The position numbers were made by a program, and so were the translations under genes. Source: Candidatus Cloacimonadota bacterium (GTDB taxonomy: Bacteria > Cloacimonadota > Cloacimonadia > Cloacimonadales > TCS61). Taken from it: a DNA stretch of 35,301 nucleotides. The stretch covers positions 1 through 35,301 of the forward strand of contig JAMOPB010000418.1 of NCBI GenBank assembly GCA_027064945.1, given 5' to 3'. Shown piece after piece: positions 27,147 through 35,301 of the stretch. Under the pieces are notes generated by a model. That model saw nothing but the letters and a program-made list of their open reading frames with translations. It made no database searches and was not told the DNA's origin. The first letter of the stretch is position 1, and each line of letters starts with the position of its first letter.

Positions 27147-27978
27147 ATTGAAGGTGATCGATTCAATTGAAGAGATGCAGGAAATTTCTGCTAATTGGTC
27201 GGAAGAAGTAGGATTTGTTCCTACAATGGGCTACCTGCATGAAGGACATCTTAGCTTAGTAAAAGCTGCAAAAGAAAATTGCAAGATAGTTGTTGTAAGC
27301 ATCTATGTAAATCCTAGTCAATTTGCTCCCAATGAAGATCTTGATACTTATCCAAGAGATTTTGACCGAGATAAAAAACTTTTGGAAGAATTGGAAGTTG
27401 ATTATCTCTTTTTCCCTAAAGATAGTGATATGTATCCACAAAATTATAAAACTTGGGTTAATGTGAATGATCTGACGAAAGGTTTATGCGGGAAATCAAG
27501 ACCAACTCATTTTCAAGGTGTAACAACTGTTGTAAGCAAACTGATAAACATTGTTAATCCTAATAAAATGTTTATGGGTGAAAAAGATTTCCAACAGATT
27601 ACAGTTTTAAAACGTATGGTAGAAGATTTAAATTTCCGAGTTAAGATTATAGGTTGTGATATTGTCCGAGAGAAAGACGGCTTGGCAATGAGTTCCAGGA
27701 ATAAAAATCTTAAATCTGAAGATAGAGAAAAAGCTTTAAGTTTAAGTAGATCTATCAAACTAGCAAAGAATTTGTTTAGAGATGGAGAAATAGAAAGCAG
27801 AATCATCAAAGAGAAAATTTGGGAATTAATAAATTCTTCCGGTGCTAAAGTTGATTATGTAGAAATTGTAGATCCTGTAACATTGGAAGATGTAGAAAAA
27901 GTAGATGAAAAAAGCCGTGTAATTTTGGCAGCTTATGTTGGCTCTGTCCGGCTAATTGATAATGGTAATTTAGAATAA
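27139..27978 (+). CDS. panC: Pantoate--beta-alanine ligase
   Basis: FVPTMGYLHEGH, SIYVNPSQF, YPR, SRPTHFQGV, GEKDFQQ, GLAMSSRN, RLIDN. ATG 27139 follows GGAG and overlaps the panD end. Confidence 0.97.
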   Translation: MSKLKVIDSIEEMQEISANWSEEVGFVPTMGYLHEGHLSLVKAAKENCKIVVVSIYVNPSQFAPNEDLDTYPRDFDRDKKLLEELEVDYLFFPKDSDMYPQNYKTWVNVNDLTKGLCGKSRPTHFQGVTTVVSKLINIVNPNKMFMGEKDFQQITVLKRMVEDLNFRVKIIGCDIVREKDGLAMSSRNKNLKSEDREKALSLSRSIKLAKNLFRDGEIESRIIKEKIWELINSSGAKVDYVEIVDPVTLEDVEKVDEKSRVILAAYVGSVRLIDNGNLE

Positions 27979-27986
27979 TATTTTTT

Positions 27987-28017
27987 ATAGGAAACTTTTT
28001 AGTTTCCTATTTTTTTT
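27987..28017 (+). terminator. Rho-independent terminator after panC
   Basis: Perfect ATAGGAAACT-TTTT-AGTTTCCTAT followed by T7. Confidence 0.88.
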
Positions 28018-28070
28018 CTTTACACTTTGCTAATGTTTTTAGAAATTTATCGTGCATGAGGGAGGAAGCG

Positions 28071-29393
28071 ATGCAAATTTCTGAAAAGTTTATTTTCCAT
28101 ATTTGGGATGCTCAACATTTAAAAACAAATCTGAAAACAGCTACTAATAAGGATGTACAGATATTGTATGTAGGCAGATGGAATAATTCGTCCGGACCGG
28201 ATTTTAAAGATGTAGTGATTAAAATAGAAAATCAAATATTACGTGGTGATGTAGAAATTCATCAAAAAGTATATGATTGGCAGCTTCACAAACATCACGA
28301 AGATCCGAATTTCAATAATGTGGTTTTACACGTGGTTTATGATAACAGCAGCGATATAAAATACACAATTAATGAAGCCGGGGATTTGATAGAAATTTTA
28401 GAAATACAATATTTCTTAGATCAATCAATAAGTAAATTATTAGAAAAATATGAGGGGATATCACTTTCTGTTAAGGGTGATTTTTGTGAATATTTTGCCG
28501 GTAAAACAAGTGATATAACATCAAAATTATTAGAGAAAAATGGAATTGAAAGATTGCATAAAAAGATGAGAAGATTTTCCAGTGAAATGATTTTTGATGA
28601 TCTTGATCAAATTGCATATCAAGGAATATTGGAAGCTTTGGGATATAATAAAAATAAATTCCAGATGTTGCAATTATCCAGAGAAATAACTTTTGACTTT
28701 ATCAAAAAAAGCAAACTTAAAGGTATGACCAAAGAACAATTACTTTCGATATTTATTTTTAGTAGCTCACTTTCAGATCATATACCTAATAATTTTCCCA
28801 ATCAACTAAAATATAAATTAATCTCATTATACACCGAGCAACATTTCTTTTTAAATAAAATTGATATAGATTGGAAATTATTCAGAATTAGGCCTGTAAA
28901 TCATCCTGTTAATAGAATCGTACAAATCATAGATTTTCTTTGGGAAGCAAGTGATAGCTCGATTTTTAACAAATTTCTAACTCTTTTTTCATTTAGTGAT
29001 AATCAAATTGATATGAAAGAATTTTATTTTAGATTAAATAAGTTATTTGCTCCTACAGATGATAATCTTCCTGAACATTATCGAATAGGAAAAACAAGAT
29101 TGGATACAATTGGAATAAATATTATTATTCCTTTAGTTTTATTATATGCGGGAAAAATGAATTATAAGAATTTAACGGAAGTTACAAAAAACATTTATAA
29201 AAATTATCGTGCATTACCAAAAAATCATATTGAAAGTCATATGCATAGATTTATGCAACAATCTCAAATAAAAGTAGTTAGGAAAAAAGCAATTTATCAG
29301 CAAGGATTATTAAATCTTTATTATGATTTCTGTAAAGATCACAATTGCCAAATCTGCAAAGCAAAACTGGATGCAGATTTGGCCAAAATGTAA
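28071..29393 (+). CDS. DUF2851 family protein
   Basis: E..HIW, GRWNNSSGPDF, GDVEIH, DWQLHKHHEDPNFNNVVLHVV, LGYNKNK, RIRPVNHP, QQGLL..YYDFC...CQIC. ATG 28071 follows GGAGG; 28056 is an alternative start. Confidence 0.85.
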   Translation: MQISEKFIFHIWDAQHLKTNLKTATNKDVQILYVGRWNNSSGPDFKDVVIKIENQILRGDVEIHQKVYDWQLHKHHEDPNFNNVVLHVVYDNSSDIKYTINEAGDLIEILEIQYFLDQSISKLLEKYEGISLSVKGDFCEYFAGKTSDITSKLLEKNGIERLHKKMRRFSSEMIFDDLDQIAYQGILEALGYNKNKFQMLQLSREITFDFIKKSKLKGMTKEQLLSIFIFSSSLSDHIPNNFPNQLKYKLISLYTEQHFFLNKIDIDWKLFRIRPVNHPVNRIVQIIDFLWEASDSSIFNKFLTLFSFSDNQIDMKEFYFRLNKLFAPTDDNLPEHYRIGKTRLDTIGINIIIPLVLLYAGKMNYKNLTEVTKNIYKNYRALPKNHIESHMHRFMQQSQIKVVRKKAIYQQGLLNLYYDFCKDHNCQICKAKLDADLAKM

Positions 29394-29397
29394 AAAA

Positions 29398-30327
29398 TTA
29401 TATTAATCTACATGCATCCTTAGCTATCATTTTTGCCTCTTTAATCAGATCCATCACGTTATTGGTTTCATCATTTGCCTGAGAAACTCCCCAACCTCTA
29501 ATGATATTGTTTTTTTGGATTATATCGATAAAACTACCTTCAATCCGTTTGATAGTTAGAAGTGCATTTTTCTTATCGGTTTCAGGCAGTGCAATCAAAA
29601 AAATATTATTCTGATATCTGCCAATTATATCAGTAGTTCTAAGGTTATCTTTAATATAATCTCCAATAGATTCAATTATTTTACTTACCTTATTAACTCC
29701 ACGCTTATTGACTAAAGATTTATAGTTATCGATATATAGAACACAAAGACTGATATCTCTATTATAACGTTTCATAAGCCTTAATGATGTGTTCGCTTTA
29801 TGGGTAAAAGGTTGGAATTTATGAACGTGATTTATTTGATAAAATCCTTCATGCTGTGCAATATCATCTTCTAAGTTATGAATTCTGACGGTGATACTGC
29901 CAATGCTTCCATAAAATTTTATTAGTTCTTGATGCTCTTCTGAAAAGAATCCTTCTTTTTTATCTAAAAACATAAATCCGAAAAGCTCTGATTTATAAAA
30001 AATGGGGGTAATTATAAGATGAGAAAAATCGTGTTCAAATTTGTAAAATCCATATTCATCTATTTCAATTTGTTCAAATTTCATCATCTCTTGAACGAGA
30101 GGATCACCGGCAGTAAAAATAGTGTCTTTAGCAAAATGATGACTGATATGCCTACTAATTTTCAATCTGTATAATTCTGTATGAGGAACTTTTAGAAAAA
30201 TACCCAAACTTTGATATTTTATCTCCTTTTCTAAATCTCTTAAAATTCTAGACAAACTCTTTTCTAATGGCAGATCAGCTTGAATGTCCTTTTGCAATTC
30301 CACAAAATGTTTTATCGAAAAATCCAT
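29398..30327 (-). CDS. GAF plus degenerate GGDEF protein, putative c-di-GMP receptor
   Basis: GAF-like segment IITPIFYKSELFGFMFLD..EGFFSEE. GGDEF-fold segment IDNYK...LRTTDIIGRYQNNIFLIALPETD, with an RxxD I-site and QNNIF in place of GGDEF. Confidence 0.78.
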   Translation of the reverse strand: MDFSIKHFVELQKDIQADLPLEKSLSRILRDLEKEIKYQSLGIFLKVPHTELYRLKISRHISHHFAKDTIFTAGDPLVQEMMKFEQIEIDEYGFYKFEHDFSHLIITPIFYKSELFGFMFLDKKEGFFSEEHQELIKFYGSIGSITVRIHNLEDDIAQHEGFYQINHVHKFQPFTHKANTSLRLMKRYNRDISLCVLYIDNYKSLVNKRGVNKVSKIIESIGDYIKDNLRTTDIIGRYQNNIFLIALPETDKKNALLTIKRIEGSFIDIIQKNNIIRGWGVSQANDETNNVMDLIKEAKMIAKDACRLI

Positions 30328-30336
30328 ATTGCACTC

Positions 30337-31695
30337 CTAATTTTTAATACGTTCTGACCAATTAATTATTTGTTTTCCGCCAGCTTTGATTGAGACTATA
30401 AATTTAATTTGATGAGCATTTATTTTTTTATAATTTATATTGTTATTTAGTATTGTCCAATCTCCGGAAATGTTATGGATAACTTCAATCTCTTTTGTTT
30501 CTTTACTTTGATTTTCTAAAGAAACTCTCATTTTCTTTTGAATTAATTTTCTATCAATTTTCTTATACTCAAGTTGTTCTGTTTTTCCAACCAAATCAAA
30601 AGCATTTCCAATTGTAACAACAACTTCTTGGTTAACTGCTGTGTGTTTGATTCTATCTTCTCCAATAAATTGTAAGCTTTTATCTGCTTTGTCTTCTTGA
30701 TAAATTTTTATTCTTCCTTTGGGAAGTGGAAGCTTTAAACCTGATGCTTCATCGTTTTTAAATTTGATCTGTGATATAATCTTATTACTAAAAGTATTGT
30801 ATCTGTTGGATTGTTCAGCTTTAACGATTTTTGATGGAAACAATTGAATTTGCTTAATTTGTTTATTAGCAATTGAAACATTCTGGTCTAAAGTATAAAG
30901 ATGAAAATCATTGAACGATTTTTCATTAAACTCCGGAGGAGCTTCAAGAGCCATGTCAACATTTGAATCATACATAGCTACTCTTGCTAATGATTTAGCA
31001 TGTTGAGGAGAAATTGTTTTATTTACATCTCCTGCCATTAATTTAAGTTTAACATTTTCAAATTTTTTCCCTGAATAATTTTTGATTGTTACCCAGGAAT
31101 TAATATCAAGTTTTTTTGTTTCGGGATTCCAAATACAATTGTAATCAACATCCCAGCTTAATCCATCACATAAGTAACTGATATTTGCTTTGTATTTTGC
31201 TTTTTTGGGAGCATATAATTTCCAACGTAAAGTTGGTTTTAGATAGAAATTATCAGGTAATTTTGCTAAGGTGATATTTCTAATTGTAGAACGGTTGATA
31301 AGAATCAATTTCTTGCTTGAATTTTCTAAAACGCCAATTGTTTTTGAATCGGTGAATTGCAATATTCCTTCCAAATAATACTCTTCCTCAGTTTGGATAA
31401 TAACATCTTCACCAATGTATTTTTGCATAATTTGCTCTGTATTTGCCAAATCAAATTCATAATTTTGAGAAAAAATTTGCAAAGAATTATTTTGTGAATC
31501 TAAGATTACAGATTTTGCATCGATAGTATTTGGTATATTTTCGTAGTAATAATCTTGTAAACCTGCTTTAAGACCAAGTTCAAGCTTAGTTCTTATCAAA
31601 GAAAAATTGTTATTATAAATAGTTACTTGTGTCTCATTGGAAAATAAAATTGCAACTAAAAATAATGCAAAGAAAACAAAACAAACCTTTTTCAT
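30337..31695 (-). CDS. Secreted DUF4139-domain protein
   Basis: Signal peptide, VTIYNNNFSLIR, QNYEFDL, PTLRW, SYLCDGLSWDVDY, DFHLYTL, GLKLPLPKG, FIGEDRI, GNAFD. GGAGG ribosome-binding site. Confidence 0.85.
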   Translation of the reverse strand: MKKVCFVFFALFLVAILFSNETQVTIYNNNFSLIRTKLELGLKAGLQDYYYENIPNTIDAKSVILDSQNNSLQIFSQNYEFDLANTEQIMQKYIGEDVIIQTEEEYYLEGILQFTDSKTIGVLENSSKKLILINRSTIRNITLAKLPDNFYLKPTLRWKLYAPKKAKYKANISYLCDGLSWDVDYNCIWNPETKKLDINSWVTIKNYSGKKFENVKLKLMAGDVNKTISPQHAKSLARVAMYDSNVDMALEAPPEFNEKSFNDFHLYTLDQNVSIANKQIKQIQLFPSKIVKAEQSNRYNTFSNKIISQIKFKNDEASGLKLPLPKGRIKIYQEDKADKSLQFIGEDRIKHTAVNQEVVVTIGNAFDLVGKTEQLEYKKIDRKLIQKKMRVSLENQSKETKEIEVIHNISGDWTILNNNINYKKINAHQIKFIVSIKAGGKQIINWSERIKN

Positions 31696-31734
31696 ACATC
31701 CTCCGAATTTGATTTTTTTATTTTAACAAAGTGA

Positions 31735-32346
31735 TTATAAATTAGATCTTATTCGAGCTAAGATCATTTCAATTCCAACAACGTTATTTCCACCTCTTGG
31801 TATGATTATATCTGCAAATCTTTTACTAGGTTCTACAAATTCAATATGCATAGGACGTACAGTAGCTTTGTATTGATTTATTACTGAATCTAAAGAACGG
31901 CCTCTTTGTTTTATATCACGTTCAATACGTCGTAATATTCGTATATCAGCATCAGTATCTACAAATATTTTGATATCAAGTAAATCACGTAATTCACGAT
32001 TTTCAAAAATTAGTATACCTTCAACAATTATAATGGGAGTAGGTAATAATTTTTTTGTCCTTTTGGTTCTTAGATGTTCTTCAAAAGAATAGATTGGTGT
32101 TTCAATAGGAATATTGTTTTTCAAAGCTTTAATATGTTGGATTAAAAGAGAAGTTTCATAAGTATTGGGATGATCGTAATTTAATTTCGCTCTTTCATCA
32201 AAATCTAAATTAGAGAAGTTTTTATAATAGTTGTCGTGCCGTAAAACTGTTAATTTACTTTTAAATTCTTCTTGTATTGAGTTCGCAATTGAAGTTTTAC
32301 CTGAAGCTGTTCCTCCGGCAATTCCGATAATTAAAGGTCGATGCAT
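31735..32346 (-). CDS. udk: Uridine kinase
   Basis: IGIAGGTASGKT, HDNYY, NYDHP, VEGIL, FVDTDADIR, RDIKQRGRS, PMHIEFVEPSKRFADIIIP. Confidence 0.96.
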   Translation of the reverse strand: MHRPLIIGIAGGTASGKTSIANSIQEEFKSKLTVLRHDNYYKNFSNLDFDERAKLNYDHPNTYETSLLIQHIKALKNNIPIETPIYSFEEHLRTKRTKKLLPTPIIIVEGILIFENRELRDLLDIKIFVDTDADIRILRRIERDIKQRGRSLDSVINQYKATVRPMHIEFVEPSKRFADIIIPRGGNNVVGIEMILARIRSNL

Positions 32347-32942
32347 TATTTTATCCTTTCCCTTTTAAAATATGAAACCATTAAACCTGAACCAATTTCA
32401 ATTAATACGTTCTCAAATTGTTGATCTAAATTGATAAAGTCAAGGTATTCTTGTACTGTCTTTTTATGAGATATAATATTATCTGCTATAACTATTGCTG
32501 TATCCTGCAATTTTGGGATTAATAATTTTATATATTTGATATAGCCGATTTTTCCAGCATCTAAAAAAGCGTAATCAAATGTTTTATCTAAATTAGGAAT
32601 TACCTCTTCCGCCATGCCAAAATGTTGTGTTATATTATTAATTCCTTCCAGATTTGATTTGCTTAGATTATACCTGCTTTCATCCACTTCGATAGTATCC
32701 AATTCACCGGAATTATAACTACACGCGGTAGCTTGCCAAAATGTGGAAAAGCCGTTAGAAGTTCCAACTTCAATTAGCTGTTTACATCTTTTTTCCAAGA
32801 TAAAATTAAATAGATATTTTGCTGTCTCATCATCAATATTCCATAAGCGATGAATTTCTGCTTTCTGTTTGGCGAACTCTTCAATTTTATCAGAATATTT
32901 TTCTTTAATTACGTTAAATTTATTTCCATTTGTATTTTCCAA
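32346..32942 (-). CDS. SAM-dependent O-methyltransferase (caffeoyl-CoA OMT / YrrM-TrmR-like)
   Basis: EVGTSNGFST, TIE, FDYAFLDAGK..Y, IADNI, GSGL. TAATG coupling to udk. Confidence 0.85.
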   Translation of the reverse strand: MENTNGNKFNVIKEKYSDKIEEFAKQKAEIHRLWNIDDETAKYLFNFILEKRCKQLIEVGTSNGFSTFWQATACSYNSGELDTIEVDESRYNLSKSNLEGINNITQHFGMAEEVIPNLDKTFDYAFLDAGKIGYIKYIKLLIPKLQDTAIVIADNIISHKKTVQEYLDFINLDQQFENVLIEIGSGLMVSYFKRERIK

Positions 32943-34011
32943 AAGTACCTCTTAATCCAAAATAAATAAAATATGGCAGATAGATTAGTTCTGCAATAGG
33001 TAAGAATAATAACAATTTTCTTTTTCTTATCTTATGTAAAAATAGAGTAATTAATAAAGATTCAAACATAATTTTTATAGCTAAGAAAATCATGAAAAAA
33101 ACAACATCAAATAATCCGCAAAGCATTAGTCCAAAGGCAACTAAGAAGATTAAATAATATAGGAAAACTAATAAAGTCATAATTTTGATAGATAGAGTGT
33201 AATGTTTCCATTTAGAAGCTCTTCTGCTTTCTCTTTGCAGATGTTCTTGCAGATTATTGATATTTTTTGTATGAACCATCGCTGAATTATTAAAGATAAA
33301 ATTCATTTCTCTAATCTCTTTGCGCATTCTTTGCAACATCAAATCATCATCGCCGGATTTAATTTTCCCGATTTCTCCAAATCCGCCAATTTTCTGATAA
33401 ACGGATTTCCGATAAGCCATATTACCGGCAGTGCATGTAATAGCCCAGTTCATTCCAAAACTACCACTGGTAACTGCAAAAATTGCGGAACGTTCCAGAT
33501 TTTTCAAACCGGTAATGAATTTGCTTCCCATATCAATAAAAGAGTAGCCTGCTAAAAAATCTATTTCGTCTGTAAAATGGTAATTTATCTCTTTCAACCA
33601 CTCCTTGCCGACAACACAATCCGCATCAGTGAAGGCTAAAATTTCATAACTTGCCTCTTTTATGGCAGCATCAATTGCGCCTTTTTTTCCAACTAAATCC
33701 GGATTCTCTTCAGTAATTTGAACCAATTTTATGAAAGGATATTTTTTTGCATATTGTTTGATAATATCAGAAGTTTTGTCTTCCGATCTATCGTCGGCAA
33801 TTACAAGTTCAATCAATTCTCTTGGATAGTTCTGAGCAAGTATAGATTGAATCAAATTTTCAATAGTTGCAGCTTCATTACGAGCTGCTACAATTATTGA
33901 AATCGGTTTAAGATTATTATCTCTTTTACGCGGTAGTCTAAAAATTCCTATAATAAAACTAAATAATATCAGATAATAAAATAGGGAAAATAATAATAAT
34001 AATGAATACAT
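32920..34011 (-). CDS. Membrane GT2 glycosyltransferase (CesA-like fold)
   Basis: SIIVAARNE, DDRSED, GKKGA, FTDADC, GNMAYRK, SGDDD. One N-terminal and about 3 C-terminal TM segments. Confidence 0.92.
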   Translation of the reverse strand: MYSLLLLFSLFYYLILFSFIIGIFRLPRKRDNNLKPISIIVAARNEAATIENLIQSILAQNYPRELIELVIADDRSEDKTSDIIKQYAKKYPFIKLVQITEENPDLVGKKGAIDAAIKEASYEILAFTDADCVVGKEWLKEINYHFTDEIDFLAGYSFIDMGSKFITGLKNLERSAIFAVTSGSFGMNWAITCTAGNMAYRKSVYQKIGGFGEIGKIKSGDDDLMLQRMRKEIREMNFIFNNSAMVHTKNINNLQEHLQRESRRASKWKHYTLSIKIMTLLVFLYYLIFLVAFGLMLCGLFDVVFFMIFLAIKIMFESLLITLFLHKIRKRKLLLFLPIAELIYLPYFIYFGLRGTFGKYKWK

Positions 34012-34015
34012 AAAT

Positions 34016-34894
34016 TTATCTCTTTTGTTTTAAAATAATACCTAATCCTACGATTGCCGGTAAAACTGAATTGATGAAAAATACTGTCAATGTTGCTGTT
34101 AGTATAACTTCTGATTGGATGCCGTATTTAGAAAAAACTTCCAAAGCAAAAGTTTCACGTAATCCCAAACCACTATACGAAATTGGAATAGAATTTGCCA
34201 AAATTACAAGTGGAGTAGAGATAATTATTTTAGCAAAATTTATACTGGCAAAATGATTTATAATCGTATGATATTGAAAAAAAGTAATAAACATATAAAT
34301 ACATTGCAATGCAATAATTCTTGGGGTAATTTTCTTGTATGCCTTTAGATAATCTAAGAATTTTTCATATTTAGGTTTCTTTAGGAAAATCTGTGCAAAG
34401 AAAAGAAGGAAAGGCAGACTAAGCATAAAAACAAAAGAGAAAATTCTGGCATGATATGGCCATTGCTTAAAATAAAATATGCTGGCAAAAGCTGCAGCTG
34501 ATAGATTTGTCCAAGTTAAGAAAAATTTCTCCAAAGTTACAGAGATAAAAGTTGCACCTTTGTCATTATCTATATAATACATTTTCCCGAAAGTGCCGTA
34601 TCCTCCTGGAAGCAGGAATTGCAAAGCGGTACCAATGAATGTTGATTTTAAAATTTCATTATTTTTAGGATGATAATCGGGATTTATTTTAAGATACTGT
34701 CCCCAATTATAGAAACGGATAGCATACTTTACGGCAGAAGAAAGAAGCAATATAATTACAGTAGTGTGACCTAAATGCTTGAAATTACTAAGAAGTGTAT
34801 GAACACTTATTTTTTTGAAAATGAAAAAAAGGATCGTTAATGTGATCGCAATTTTTAATATATATATGATTTTACTTTTTTTTATTTTATCCAT
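34016..34894 (-). CDS. Flippase-like membrane protein (LPG synthase TM / UPF0104 family)
   Basis: RFYNW, LLPGGYG, SVTLEK, IPISYSGLGLRE, multiple TM segments. Confidence 0.82.
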   Translation of the reverse strand: MDKIKKSKIIYILKIAITLTILFFIFKKISVHTLLSNFKHLGHTTVIILLLSSAVKYAIRFYNWGQYLKINPDYHPKNNEILKSTFIGTALQFLLPGGYGTFGKMYYIDNDKGATFISVTLEKFFLTWTNLSAAAFASIFYFKQWPYHARIFSFVFMLSLPFLLFFAQIFLKKPKYEKFLDYLKAYKKITPRIIALQCIYMFITFFQYHTIINHFASINFAKIIISTPLVILANSIPISYSGLGLRETFALEVFSKYGIQSEVILTATLTVFFINSVLPAIVGLGIILKQKR

Positions 34895-34998
34895 AACATT
34901 TATTTATTCGGGAAAAATCTTGACCCGAAATTTTCTATCCAAAATTTTTAGTACCAGATTTAGAAAACAAGGCATCTAGTCAATATAAATGGAGAATT

Positions 34999-35301
34999 AT
35001 GTTTATAATATTAATATTAATTATTATATCACTTTTGATGATAGAGTATTTTTCACTTGGAAAAATATTTTGGTTTGCACAAATAATATTTTTTAATCCG
35101 AGAAGTAAGAAGTTGGTTCTGACTTTTGATGATGGACCTGATCCCAAATTTACAAGAGATGTAATGCAGATTTTGGGAAAATATAACATTAAAGCAACTT
35201 TTTTTGTATGTGGGAAAGAAAGTGAAGAGAATCCTGAGATAATAAAAGAATTGGTTGCGAATGGACATGAAGTTGGAAATCATAGTTGGAATCATATAAA
35301 T
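34999..35301 (+). CDS. CE4/NodB polysaccharide deacetylase, 3'-truncated by the window edge (not in the ORF track)
   Basis: GGAG ribosome-binding site, then MFIILILIIISLL...LVLTFDDGPDP...KATFFVCG...GHEVGNHSWNH. The frame stays open to the window end. Confidence 0.93.
   Translation, partial: MFIILILIIISLLMIEYFSLGKIFWFAQIIFFNPRSKKLVLTFDDGPDPKFTRDVMQILGKYNIKATFFVCGKESEENPEIIKELVANGHEVGNHSWNHIN

Noticed and set aside
1241-35295. Many short antisense or alternate-frame ORFs in the track (e.g. 1241-1621, 3465-3854, 8687-8947, 13780-14217, 22828-23187, 34980-35189, 35053-35295)
   Set aside because: They are shadows of well-supported genes, with no motifs or ribosome-binding sites. The last two overlap the real plus-strand deacetylase.
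1-35301. CRISPR arrays, tRNA/rRNA, IS elements, prophage or defence genes, alternative genetic code
   Set aside because: I saw no repeat-spacer periodicity, RNA gene signatures, transposase or integrase motifs. TAA, TAG and TGA all end conserved genes at the expected positions.

Overview
This is an AT-rich, gene-dense chromosomal segment of a diderm, LPS-making bacterium. The gene mix (Kdo/Lpt genes, HPrK/HPr/EI, long HPF, DUF2851) suggests an FCB-superphylum lineage such as Cloacimonadota; that assignment is inference only. Left to right: (1) kdsA(3' part)-kdsC-lptC-lptA-like; (2) a probable lptB-rpoN-lpdA-lipA-hpf-hprK-ptsH-ptsI super-operon; (3) a convergent minus-strand unit of a MacB/LolD-type ABC ATPase, a permease and a YihY protein; (4) aroA-ddl followed tightly by five envelope-signalling genes (secreted Ig/FN3-like protein, secreted FecR-domain protein, large Ig plus beta-barrel outer-membrane protein, CHASE2 class III adenylate cyclase, small beta-barrel); (5) hup-dnaN-recF-MFS with no dnaA or gyrB; (6) panD-panC and DUF2851; (7) a minus-strand operon of flippase-like protein, GT2, O-methyltransferase, udk, DUF4139 and a GAF/degenerate-GGDEF protein; (8) a divergent CE4 polysaccharide deacetylase cut by the window end and absent from the ORF track. 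I saw no RNA genes, CRISPR arrays or mobile elements. The best candidates for uncharacterised systems are the five-gene trans-envelope cAMP module (15990-22588) and the probably inactive GGDEF protein with an intact I-site that ends the glycosyltransferase operon. All family assignments come from recognising motifs by eye; no database search was run.
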